A stretch of 64,000 bases of DNA from Myxococcota bacterium (lineage in GTDB: Bacteria > Myxococcota_A > UBA9160 > JAFDDA01): positions 960,001-1,024,000 of the forward strand of contig OZ245817.1 of NCBI GenBank assembly GCA_965228475.1, given 5' to 3'. Shown here piece by piece: positions 1 to 8,436 of this stretch. The notes under the pieces were generated by a model that worked only from the letters and a program-made list of their open reading frames with translations, was not told the origin of the DNA and did not search any database. Position 1 is the stretch's first letter, and each line of letters starts with the position of its first letter. A program made the translations under genes and the position numbers.

Positions 1-573
1 GGGCCGGGCGACGTCGTGCTGATCCTCGGCCCCGGTCAGCGCGGGCTCGCGAGCGTGATTGCCGCGCGGGAGGCGGGCGCGGCGAAGATCATCGTCACCG
101 GGCTCGCGGCCGACGCGCGCAAGCTCGAGCTCGCGCGGGCGTTCGGGGCCGACGCCACCATCGACGTCGAGAACGAGGATCTGAAGCATCGCGTGCGCGA
201 GCTGACCGACGGCCGCGGCGCCGACGTCGTGGTCGAGGTGACGGCCTGGGCCACGGGCCCGGTGCGCGACTCGATCGACTGCGTCCGGCCCGGGGGCACC
301 GTCGTGCTGGCCGGCGTGAAGGGCTTCAAGCCGATCCCGGACTTCATCTCGGACAAGATCGTGCTCAAGGAGATCGTGATGCGGGGGGCGATCGGCGTGA
401 CCTCCTCGGGCTACCGGAGCGCGATCCGCCTGCTCGAGTCGGGCCGCGTTCCCGTCGAGCAGATGCACACCCACCGCTTCCCGCTGCGCGAGGCGGAGCT
501 CGCCATCCGCACGCTTTCTCGGGAGATCCCCGGCGAGGAGTCGATCCATTCATGCCTGATTCCCGAATCGTGA
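1..573 (+). CDS. Zinc-binding alcohol dehydrogenase (MDR family), 5'-truncated by window edge
   Basis: Frame open from base 1; Rossmann motif VVLILGPGQRG, GRGADVVVE, typical MDR C-terminal half. Confidence 0.85.
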   Translation, partial: GPGDVVLILGPGQRGLASVIAAREAGAAKIIVTGLAADARKLELARAFGADATIDVENEDLKHRVRELTDGRGADVVVEVTAWATGPVRDSIDCVRPGGTVVLAGVKGFKPIPDFISDKIVLKEIVMRGAIGVTSSGYRSAIRLLESGRVPVEQMHTHRFPLREAELAIRTLSREIPGEESIHSCLIPES

Positions 574-1436
574 GCGGTGTGAGCGGCGACGTGCGGAGCG
601 CGGTGGAAGCGGAAGTCGAGGGGGCGCCCTACGCCCGGCGCCTCGGCCTCGCGCTCGATGCCGCCCGGCCCGACGGGCTCCGCTTGACCCTCCCGTTCCA
701 GACCGAGAACACGAACCCCGGCGACGTGCTCCACGGCGGGGTGGCGGCCTCGGTCTCCGCGATCGGCGCGCGCGCCGTGGCGCGGAGCGCCTTCGAAAGC
801 GCGACGGCCCCGCTCGGCGTCGGCCAGATCCAGATCGCCTATCTCGCCGCCGCGAAGGGTGAGACGGTCGTGGCGGAGGCGCGTCTCCTGCGTCGCGGGA
901 AGACGCTCTGCTTCGTCTCGGTCACCACGGCGACCGAGGACGGGAAGCCCATCGCCGAAGCGCTCGCCACGGTGGTCCTGCGGCCCGACGCCCCGGCCGA
1001 GCGCGCCTTCCCGGTGGCCGGCGACGACGGTGCGGCGGACCCCGGACCCATGGGGCCCCACGTGGTGAAGACGCCCTTCATGAGCCGGCTCGGCCTGCGC
1101 ATCGAGAACATGCAGGGCGGGCGTTCGCGCATCGTCCTCCCGGCAACGCCGGAGAACGGCGACGCCCAAGGTCGGGTCCACGACGGCGCGCTCCTGGCGC
1201 TGCTCGACACCACGGGCGCCATGGCGTCCTGGGCCGAGACGGGCCCGGGCGCGTACCGGGCTTCGACGCCGAGCCTCCAGGCCCAGATCGTCGCGCCCGT
1301 GCCCCCGGGCGATCTCGTCGCCTATGGCCGGCTCGTGCAGCGCGAGGGCGACTGCTTCTGGGCCGACGTCGAGGTCGCGGGCGGCGGCGGCGAGGGCGTC
1401 GCCCGCGGCACCGTGCTCTATCGGATCGTTCCGTGA
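570..1436 (+). CDS. Double hotdog-fold PaaI-family thioesterase
   Basis: Two copies of the N-x2-G-x2-H-x-G motif (NPGDVLHGG, NGDAQGRVHDG); GTG overlaps upstream stop (GTGA). Confidence 0.85.
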   Translation: MSGVSGDVRSAVEAEVEGAPYARRLGLALDAARPDGLRLTLPFQTENTNPGDVLHGGVAASVSAIGARAVARSAFESATAPLGVGQIQIAYLAAAKGETVVAEARLLRRGKTLCFVSVTTATEDGKPIAEALATVVLRPDAPAERAFPVAGDDGAADPGPMGPHVVKTPFMSRLGLRIENMQGGRSRIVLPATPENGDAQGRVHDGALLALLDTTGAMASWAETGPGAYRASTPSLQAQIVAPVPPGDLVAYGRLVQREGDCFWADVEVAGGGGEGVARGTVLYRIVP

Positions 1437-2062
1437 GCGGGTCTCCCGACCGCGACGAGACGCTCGACGTCGAGCTCGCGCGCATCGGCCGCCGCGTGCG
1501 GCGCTGGCGCGAGGAGCGCGGGCTCACGCTCCAGGAGCTCGCGGCGAAGAGCGGCCTCGCGACGAGCACCGTGCACAAGGTCGAGAGCGTCCAGATGGTG
1601 CCGAGCGTCGCGGTGATCCTGAAGCTCGCCCGGGGGCTCGGCCGCCCGCCCGGCGACCTCGTCCACGACGGCGGCGAGGCGCTCGAGGCGGTGCACCAGC
1701 GCGCGGCGGATCGTCACCCGCTGGGCGTCGAAGGGGCGATGGTGGTCGAGCGGCTCTCGGCGGATCTCTTCGAACCGGCGCTCGAGACCTGGCGCGTGAC
1801 GGTGCACCCCGGCGTTTCCTCCGGCGACGCCATCTCCTACGACGGCGAGGAGCTCGTCGTGATGGAGGAGGGGGTGCTCTCCTTCCGCGTCGGCGAGGCG
1901 ACCCACGAACTCGCCGCGGGCGACACGCTGCACTTCAAGGCCGACGCCCCCCACCGCTGGAAGAACGAGTCCTCGGCGCCGGCGCGTTTCCTGGTGACGG
2001 GCACCCTCGCGCGACGCTTCCGCGAGAGCATGGAGGGCGCCGTCGCGGCGATCGCGCGCTGA
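1433..2062 (+). CDS. XRE-family HTH regulator with cupin domain
   Basis: N-terminal RRWREERGLTLQELAAKSGL HTH; C-terminal cupin GEELVVMEEG...GDTLHF..PHRWKN. Confidence 0.9.
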   Translation: MSGSPDRDETLDVELARIGRRVRRWREERGLTLQELAAKSGLATSTVHKVESVQMVPSVAVILKLARGLGRPPGDLVHDGGEALEAVHQRAADRHPLGVEGAMVVERLSADLFEPALETWRVTVHPGVSSGDAISYDGEELVVMEEGVLSFRVGEATHELAAGDTLHFKADAPHRWKNESSAPARFLVTGTLARRFRESMEGAVAAIAR

Positions 2063-2154
2063 GCGAAGCCCGGACCCGTGGCCCGTCCGGGGCGATGCCG
2101 GCCGGCTGCCGGCTCGCGCGCGGAGCGGACCGGTTTCGAGGTATCCTCTCCGCC

Positions 2155-3915
2155 ATGCCCGGACGCGCCCCGCTCTGCTGGATCGCCCTGCTTGCTGCGC
2201 TGTGGATGGCCCCTCCGGCCGCGGCCCAGGCGGTCGACGATGCGCTCCGGGAGCGGGTCGCCGAAGAAGGCCGCGTGATGGTGATCGTCGAGCTCGAGGA
2301 GCCGACGGTGCCCGAGGGCTGGATCGCCCGCCGCGCGGACCTCGACGGCCAGCGGCGCCGCGTCGCCACCCGCCAGATCGAGGCGATCTACGAGCTCGGC
2401 GGAACGGATGCCGGTCCGGTCCGTCCCTACGCACAGGTTCCGTTCCTCGCGGTGCCGGTCGGCCCCGAGGCCCTCGAGGCGCTCGCGCGCTCGCCGCGCG
2501 TACGCAGCGTTCGCGCATCCCGGGTCTTCGCACCGAGCCTCGCGGAGAGCCTGGAGATCATCCAGGCCGACCAGGCGCAAGCGATCGGGTTCGATGGAAC
2601 CGGGCAGACGGTCGTCGTTCTCGATACGGGGACGGACGGTGGCCATCAGAACTTCCCGCCCGGGAAGTTCGTCGATGAGGCCTGCTTCTCCGACGGCGCG
2701 ACCGCAGGCGGCGCTCCGCAGGGCGGCGGCTTCGGAGACTGTCCGGGGGGTGGCGACACGGCCTTCGGCCCCGCGGCCGCCGTGCCCTGCACCTACGCCG
2801 CTCACTGCTTCCATGGGACCCACGTGGCCGGCATCGCGGTCGGCTCCGGGCCGACCTTGCCCGGCGTGGCGCCCGGCGCAAGTCTGATCCCGATCCAGAT
2901 CGCCTCGGAGTTCCCGGGGTCGCACCCTTCCTGCGGCGGTTCGCCGTGCCCGCTCTCCTGGGAGCACGACACCGACGCGGCGCTTTCCTACGTCTACACG
3001 ACGTTGCGCCACTCCCACACGATCGCGTCGGTGAACCTCAGCCTGGGCGGCGCGGTCTACACTTCGGCCTGCGATGCCGCTTTCCCTGCGAAGAAGGCGA
3101 TCATCGACAACCTGCGCTCGGTCGGGATCGCGACGGTGATCGCGACGGGGAACAACGGTTGCTCCGGGGTCGGGTGTACCGACGCGATCTCCGCACCGAG
3201 CTGCATCTCCTCCGCCGTGAGCGTGAGCGCAACCCGGGACGAAACGGGCAACCCCGCAACCTTCGCCAACCGCGCCCCGTTCATGACGTTCTATGCACCG
3301 GGGCAGTCCATCCTGGCGCCTCAATACCAGACGGTCGATCAGTACCAGAACTCCTCGGGCACCTCGATGGCGGCGCCGCACATCGCTGGCGCCTGGGCCC
3401 TCCTTCAGCAGGCGGTGCCCGGAACGAGCGTCTCGTCCCTGGTGAGCGTTCTCGAGGCGACCGAGACCTACGCCAGCCCTGGCGCTGGCCGCCCGAACCT
3501 GCGCGATGCCCTCGGCCAGCTCGGCTACCCGGAGTGCGACGACGGGATCGACAACGACGGCGACGGCGCCGTCGACACGGCCGACCTCGGCTGCGACGAC
3601 GCGGCCGACCTGTTCGAGCGGTCCGACGCCCTCGCCTGTGACAACGGGCTCGACGACGACGGGGACGGCGAGATCGACCTGGCCGACCCGGGATGCGGAC
3701 ACCCGGGCTCCATCCGCGAAGACCCCGCCTGCGACGACGGGATCGACAACGACGGGGACGGCGGGATCGACTGGGACGGCTCGCCCGCGGACCCCGAGTG
3801 CCTCTCGGGCCACATCACCGCCGAGTCCCCGCCGGGCTGCGGGCTCGGCCCGGAGCTGGTCCTGCTGCTCCCCGCCCTGGCGGCCCGCTTCCGGCGACGG
3901 AAAAACATTTCCTAG
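2155..3915 (+). CDS. Secreted S8 (subtilisin-like) serine peptidase with Ca-binding repeats and C-terminal sorting tail
   Basis: Signal peptide from ATG 2155; triad motifs VVVLDTG, HGTHVAG, GTSMAAP; three CDDGIDNDGDG repeats; GCGLGPEL-hydrophobic-RRRK tail. The ORF-track start at 1324 is over-extended. Confidence 0.9.
   Translation: MPGRAPLCWIALLAALWMAPPAAAQAVDDALRERVAEEGRVMVIVELEEPTVPEGWIARRADLDGQRRRVATRQIEAIYELGGTDAGPVRPYAQVPFLAVPVGPEALEALARSPRVRSVRASRVFAPSLAESLEIIQADQAQAIGFDGTGQTVVVLDTGTDGGHQNFPPGKFVDEACFSDGATAGGAPQGGGFGDCPGGGDTAFGPAAAVPCTYAAHCFHGTHVAGIAVGSGPTLPGVAPGASLIPIQIASEFPGSHPSCGGSPCPLSWEHDTDAALSYVYTTLRHSHTIASVNLSLGGAVYTSACDAAFPAKKAIIDNLRSVGIATVIATGNNGCSGVGCTDAISAPSCISSAVSVSATRDETGNPATFANRAPFMTFYAPGQSILAPQYQTVDQYQNSSGTSMAAPHIAGAWALLQQAVPGTSVSSLVSVLEATETYASPGAGRPNLRDALGQLGYPECDDGIDNDGDGAVDTADLGCDDAADLFERSDALACDNGLDDDGDGEIDLADPGCGHPGSIREDPACDDGIDNDGDGGIDWDGSPADPECLSGHITAESPPGCGLGPELVLLLPALAARFRRRKNIS
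3535..3801 (+). repeat. Three coding repeats C-D-[DN]-G-x-D-[ND]-D-G-D-G-x-x-D
   Basis: Units start at 3535, 3637 and 3730; nucleotide-level near-identity tgcgacgacgggatcgacaacgacgg. Confidence 0.85.
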
Positions 3916-3958
3916 TCTGGGCAGCGGAATGCCTTCACGGGTGCGTGGGGCGGAATCC

Positions 3959-3971
3959 TAACTACCTGAAA
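3959..3971 (-). promoter_or_regulatory. Putative IHF-binding site
   Basis: TTTCAGGTAGTTA is one mismatch from WATCAR-N4-TTR, in an AT-rich patch just upstream of a sigma54 motif. Confidence 0.5.
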
Positions 3972-3996
3972 ACAAAGGGATCTCGCCCTGAGCGGG

Positions 3997-4013
3997 CTGG
4001 CATCCATCTTGCG
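3997..4013 (+). promoter_or_regulatory. Sigma54 (-24/-12) promoter
   Basis: CTGGCATCCATCTTGCG = TGGCA-N6-TTGC with exact GG-N10-GC spacing. Confidence 0.75.
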
Positions 4014-4023
4014 ATGTAATGAG

Positions 4024-4103
4024 GCGTACTCGGGGACCGCGCGCCGAGGCCGCCACCCGCTGGGAAGGGGATCGTGGCCAGAGCGCGCGGTCCCTTCTCT
4101 TTT
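4024..4103 (+). ncRNA. Putative sigma54-dependent hairpin small RNA (RNA-1)
   Basis: Starts about 12 nt after the -12 box; 12-bp stem GGGACCGCGCGC (4033-4044)/GCGCGCGGTCCC (4083-4094); inner stem GGCCGC/GTGGCC with a G-U pair; U-rich tail TTCTCTTTT. Confidence 0.6.
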
Positions 4104-4177
4104 GGCCCCTGGGCCCCTCCGAGAGCTTTATTTGCGTGTTGACGAGGCTTTCTTGCCCGCGGCGTGACACTTCTGCC

Positions 4178-4263
4178 GGGCCGAAGCCACTTCTCTATGA
4201 CAACACAACATCCCCTTCCCAGGGAGGCCCGGATCCGCTTGCGGATTCGGGCCTTTATCTTTT
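4178..4263 (+). ncRNA. Putative small RNA with C-rich seed (RNA-2); 5' end uncertain
   Basis: A/C-rich unstructured stretch ending in ATCCCCTTCCCAG, directly followed by a plus-strand intrinsic terminator; no credible CDS ends here. Confidence 0.5.
4225..4263 (+). terminator. Intrinsic terminator
   Basis: AGGCCCGGATCCG-CTTG-CGGATTCGGGCCT followed by TTATCTTTT; the G-U pair and U tract work only on the + strand. Confidence 0.8.
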
Positions 4264-4297
4264 CTGGGGAGCCTGACTGGCGGGCCTGCGATGCGGC

Positions 4298-5362
4298 TCA
4301 GTTGGCGAGGCCCGGCGCTTCCTCGGCCGCCTCGAGGGCGTCGAGGCGCGTCGTGTCGTCCCAGACCGGGATCTTCGCCTCGGCGAAGCGCTCGCGGCTC
4401 CGCTCCGTGACCGCCCCCACGCGGACGAGGGCCGGCATCATCAGCTCCCGGAAGGAGTGGATCTGTCCCGGCGGGAGCTCGGCCCGCAAACCGGCCGCCC
4501 CCGCTTCGAGGAGGCTCTTCAGGAAGTCCTTGGGCTCGATCCCGACCGTCGCGAGCATCTGCAGGAAGCCCGGGTCCGGCGCCCGCCGCCCCTGGCCCTT
4601 CGGGCCGCCCTGGGCGTCGCTCATGAGCTTCACCGCCTCGAAGGCGAAGTCCGCGATGTCCTCGCGGTCGTCCGCGTGCATCTGGGCGATGGCGTCGCTC
4701 ACGTAGACGTTGCCGAAGGCGACGTGCCGGGATTCGTCCTGGAGGACGTTGTGGGTGATCGTGCGCAGGAGGTCGCACGTCGTCGCCGCGCGCATGTTGT
4801 GGAAGGCGCCGAGGGCGAGCCCCTCGACCACCATGTTCATGCCGATCGCGATCTTCACCCAGTGGTCGGCCTGGAGCGTCACGTCGATCAGCTGCTTCAG
4901 CCAGGGCGAGATCGGGTAGACGACGGCGAGCTTGTTGATGTAGCGCTCGTAGACCTCGACGTGGCGGGCCTCGTCCATGGTCTGGGTCGCGGCGTACAGC
5001 TTGGCCTCGTAGTCCGGGACGGCGTGGGTGAGGGCGGCTGCGGTCATGAGCGCCCCCTGCTCGCCGTGCAGGAACTGCGAGAGCAGGTGGCAGGACATGT
5101 GCGCCGTGAAGGCCTCCCGCTGGGAGGGGGAGAGCGCCTGGATCACCGAGAGCCGGTCGAACAGGAACTGGCTCTCGTCGAGGATCGGCTTCGAGGGGTC
5201 GACCTCGGTGTCCCAGGCGATGTCGCGTGCCGCGTCCCACTGGTGGTTCTTGGCCTTGGTGTAGAGGTTGCGGAGCTTGTCGATGTCGATCGCGTAGTCG
5301 AACTGCCAGCAGACCTCCATCGGGGTCTTCAGGATGTCCGCCGTCTGCCAGTTGGTCGCCAC
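4298..5362 (-). CDS. Ferritin-like diiron protein (AurF/N-oxygenase-like)
   Basis: Diiron ligand motifs GEQGAL, DEARH, VEGLA, DESRH; GGAGG RBS before GTG. Confidence 0.8.
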   Translation of the reverse strand: MATNWQTADILKTPMEVCWQFDYAIDIDKLRNLYTKAKNHQWDAARDIAWDTEVDPSKPILDESQFLFDRLSVIQALSPSQREAFTAHMSCHLLSQFLHGEQGALMTAAALTHAVPDYEAKLYAATQTMDEARHVEVYERYINKLAVVYPISPWLKQLIDVTLQADHWVKIAIGMNMVVEGLALGAFHNMRAATTCDLLRTITHNVLQDESRHVAFGNVYVSDAIAQMHADDREDIADFAFEAVKLMSDAQGGPKGQGRRAPDPGFLQMLATVGIEPKDFLKSLLEAGAAGLRAELPPGQIHSFRELMMPALVRVGAVTERSRERFAEAKIPVWDDTTRLDALEAAEEAPGLAN

Positions 5363-5640
5363 GGGAGGCCTCCACGAGGCCGTCTCCGGGACGCCTCCAT
5401 CGAGTTGAACGCCCGTTCATTCTACCGGCGCGGGGAGGGCCGGAGGAAGCCCGCTTTCGGGGGCAAAACGACGCGCAAGAACGGCCCGCCCGAGCCGCAG
5501 GAAGGACCCGCATCCCGCCATTTTCGCGGGGTTCCCGTGCGGACGGGGCGTTATCCTAACGGCCCGCCGGGGCGCTACCCTGGCAGGCCGCAGCGCCGGA
5601 TCACCGGCCGCCGCGGGAACGCGACCAGGAGGCAAAGCGA

Positions 5641-6366
5641 GTGATGGCGAAGTACGGGCGGACGTGGGGAGCGCTTGGCGCTGGGATGTTGGGGCTGGCG
5701 CTCGCGGGCCTGGCCGCACCGGGAACGGCCCTCGCGGACAAGGGCGGCGATCACTACGACCGCGTCTCCCTGCGCGCGGAGCGCTCGCGCCAGGTCGCGA
5801 ACGACCGCATCCAGGCACAGTTCGGTTACACGCTCGAGGATCACGACTCCGTCGAGCTGCAGTACCGCATGAACGAGATCATGGGCTGGGCGACCGAGGT
5901 GGCGACGCACTACGAAGACGTGCGGGCCCAGACCGGCGGCTACCGCACCTTCCCGGTCTACGACAAGAACCAGCAGATCTCGCACTGGCGCGCGACCCAG
6001 GAGCTGCGCATCGAGAGCACCAACATGGACCGCATCACGGAGCTCGTGCGGGTGCTCCAGACGCGCGTGACGCTCCAGTCGGTGAACTTCTCGGTCTCGC
6101 CCGGCGAGCGCGAGCGGATCGAGAACGAGTTGATCGCGGAGGCGATCGGCGCCTTCAAGGCGCGCGCCGATCTCGTGCGCGAGGGCCTCGGCGCCGGGAG
6201 CTACAAGATCGTCCACCTCGACATCCAGACGAGCGGCACGGTTCCCTCGCCCCGTCAGATTCGCGCCATGGGCGCCATGATGGAGGCGAAGTCGGCGCCG
6301 GTCCTCGAGCCCGGCACGAGCACCGTCACCGTGGGCGTCGACGGGAAGCTGCAGCTCGGCAAGTAG
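5641..6366 (+). CDS. Secreted SIMPL (DUF541)-domain protein
   Basis: Signal peptide; VANDR..., SVNFSVS, EAIGAFKARA, EPGTSTVTVGVDG pattern; AGGAGG RBS. Confidence 0.8.
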   Translation: MMAKYGRTWGALGAGMLGLALAGLAAPGTALADKGGDHYDRVSLRAERSRQVANDRIQAQFGYTLEDHDSVELQYRMNEIMGWATEVATHYEDVRAQTGGYRTFPVYDKNQQISHWRATQELRIESTNMDRITELVRVLQTRVTLQSVNFSVSPGERERIENELIAEAIGAFKARADLVREGLGAGSYKIVHLDIQTSGTVPSPRQIRAMGAMMEAKSAPVLEPGTSTVTVGVDGKLQLGK

Positions 6367-6521
6367 CCCCAGGGCGTCCCGCGAGGCGCGGGCCGCCTCC
6401 ACTTCCAACCCGAACCGGGCCTCCGCTCCGGCTCGAGGCCTCGATGGCCCTCGGGCCCAGGAGTGGTAGAGTCCGCCCCCCGAGCGGGCCGAGGGCCGCG
6501 ACCTCGGCACAGGAGAGAACG

Positions 6522-6848
6522 ATGGCCGGACAGAGCTTCAGGAAGTTGCGCAACAAGACGACCGCGGAGCTTCGCGAGATGGCGAAGGGCCTCGAGGGAG
6601 ACGGCCTGCCCGGCTTCTCGAACCTCTCGCGCAACGAGCTCGTGCTCGGCCTCTGCAAGGCCCTCGACGTGCCGGAGACCCAGTACAAGCACGTCGAGGC
6701 GGGCGACCGCAAGGCGCTGAAGGATCGCATCGTGGCGCTCAAGACCGAGCGCGCTGCGGCCATCGACGCCAAGGATTCGGCCCAGCTCTCGCGCGTGCGG
6801 CGCAAGATCCACCGCCTGAAGCGCCAGCTGCGGGCCGCCGCGCTCTAA
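6522..6848 (+). CDS. Small basic protein with Rho N-terminal-like helical domain
   Basis: AGGAGAG RBS; KTTAELREMAK...SNLSRNELV matches the Rho_N pattern; basic coiled C-terminus. Confidence 0.65.
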   Translation: MAGQSFRKLRNKTTAELREMAKGLEGDGLPGFSNLSRNELVLGLCKALDVPETQYKHVEAGDRKALKDRIVALKTERAAAIDAKDSAQLSRVRRKIHRLKRQLRAAAL

Positions 6849-6875
6849 AGCGCCTTCTCTCGGCGAAGGACGAAC

Positions 6876-6917
6876 ACGAAAAAGGCCGGTGCCCCGAGAG
6901 GCACCGGCCTTTTTCGT
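6876..6917. terminator. Bidirectional intrinsic terminator
   Basis: 18-bp inverted repeat ACGAAAAAGGCCGGTGCC/GGCACCGGCCTTTTTCGT between convergent genes. Confidence 0.92.
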
Positions 6918-6936
6918 TTCGCTTCGGCTGCGAGCG

Positions 6937-7635
6937 CTAGGCGGTGAGCTTGCGCCGCCCGATGGCCGCCGCGGCGACGACCAGCACGCCGAGGCCCATC
7001 AGGCGCGCACTGTTCGGCTCCGGGATCACGCCCTCGCCGACGAAGACGAAGTCGGCCTTGAGCACGAGGTTGTCGGCGCCCGCTCCCACGATGCCGAGGT
7101 CCGCCGGCGAGATCTCGCCGATCGTCACGCCCTGAAGGAAGAGGGCCGACGCCACCGTGTCGAGGGAGATGAAGCCCGAGCCGTCGGTGTCGGTCGAGAT
7201 GGCGAGGTCGTCGATCACCTGGCCCCCGCCGTTCGACGCGTCGAGGTTGGCCGAGAAGTTCAGCGGATCGATCTGGTAGCTGTAGAGGTCCGGCGGGCCC
7301 GCCATGAGCAGGTTGAGCGCGCCCGGGCCGCCCGAGAGCGAGAGGTCCGTCAGGGTCATCGCCGTCAGGCCGAGGTAGCCGGGCGTGAGGGTGATGTCGA
7401 CGGGGCCGCTCGAGGTGAGGTCGAGGTCGTTCAGGACGCCGGCCTCGGCGTCGATCGTGACGCTCGAGCCGTCGAGCTGGGCCAGGTTCGAGAGCCCGAG
7501 CACCGAAGCGCCGGTGCTGGCCTCGACCCGGATCTGGCCGCTCTGGAAGACGTAGGTCATCGGAGCGGCCGTCGCGGTACCCGCGGCCACCACAAGGGCC
7601 AGGGCCATCGACCAGCTCATCGTGCGAATCTGCAT
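6937..7635 (-). CDS. PEP-CTERM surface protein
   Basis: Signal peptide; C-terminus VIPEPNSARLMGLGVLVVAAAAIGRRK. Confidence 0.85.
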   Translation of the reverse strand: MQIRTMSWSMALALVVAAGTATAAPMTYVFQSGQIRVEASTGASVLGLSNLAQLDGSSVTIDAEAGVLNDLDLTSSGPVDITLTPGYLGLTAMTLTDLSLSGGPGALNLLMAGPPDLYSYQIDPLNFSANLDASNGGGQVIDDLAISTDTDGSGFISLDTVASALFLQGVTIGEISPADLGIVGAGADNLVLKADFVFVGEGVIPEPNSARLMGLGVLVVAAAAIGRRKLTA

Positions 7636-7695
7636 CCGTTCTCTCCCGTCCGGCTCGGCCGGACCTTCAGCTTCAGCTCTCGGCCCGGGGGCCGG

Positions 7696-8340
7696 CTAGT
7701 TCAACGCCTTGCGGCGAGCGTACGCGAGGCCGAGGAGCCCCACCGTGAGCCCCATCACCGAAGCGCCGGGCTCCGGGACGGTGGCCGTCAGGTCGATCGT
7801 GTGGGGCACGTAGCGGGTCTCGGTGTTCGAGATGTCGATCGGGAAGGTCAGGCCCGCGATGATCACGCCGCACTTGTAGACGCTGACCGCCGTCTCCTCG
7901 CAGTCGACGTCGATGGCCGGGGCGAGGTTCAGCGGGACCGGGACCGTCAGGATCGTCGGCCCGAAGAGCTGGTAGTTCCCCACCGCCGTGCCGATGCCCG
8001 CGCCGTTGAAGTCCGTGAGCGAACCGTTGTGGGCGAAGCTCGCGGTGTAGGTGACGTCCTGGAAGGCGATCGAGCCGACCACTCCATCGAGACCGGCGAT
8101 CGTGGCGATGGACCAGAGCGGAATCTCGAGGGCAACGTCGATCGTGGCACCGTCCGTCGTGATCGTGCCGAGCACGTTCCCACCGGCGTTGAGCTCGTAC
8201 AACTGCGTGAAGCAGAAGGCGTCGGAGCAGCCTTGGGCGAGGTCCACGGAGCCTCCGGTCACGTTGAGAGTCAGCGCCTTCGCACTACCGGGTGCGATCA
8301 GCAACAGCGAGAGCAAGAGCAGGGAGCGCTTCCCGTGCAT
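7696..8340 (-). CDS. PEP-CTERM surface protein
   Basis: Signal peptide from MHGKRSLLLL; C-terminus VPEPGASVMGLTVGLLGLAYARRK. Confidence 0.85.
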   Translation of the reverse strand: MHGKRSLLLLSLLLIAPGSAKALTLNVTGGSVDLAQGCSDAFCFTQLYELNAGGNVLGTITTDGATIDVALEIPLWSIATIAGLDGVVGSIAFQDVTYTASFAHNGSLTDFNGAGIGTAVGNYQLFGPTILTVPVPLNLAPAIDVDCEETAVSVYKCGVIIAGLTFPIDISNTETRYVPHTIDLTATVPEPGASVMGLTVGLLGLAYARRKALN

Positions 8341-8436
8341 CGTCGTATTCCACCTTCGGCTGCCACGCCAAAGGCTCGATCGCACAGGAACGCGAAGAGA
8401 CCGCTGGCGCAGTCCCCTTCCCGTTGGATGTAGGTG

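Noticed and set aside
1324..2154. N-terminal 277 aa of the 863-aa ORF
   Set aside because: Arg-rich shadow frame over the XRE gene; the real protease starts at the signal peptide at 2155
3535..3801. Spaced nucleotide repeats as CRISPR or DGR template/variable repeats
   Set aside because: They are in-frame protein repeats; no reverse transcriptase, cas gene or adenine-specific variation
4019..4276. 85-aa ORF across the putative sRNA locus (and the 4164..4706 ORF) as a type I toxin or leader peptide
   Set aside because: Starts before the predicted sigma54 TSS, runs through terminator hairpins, has no RBS, atypical codons and no TM helix
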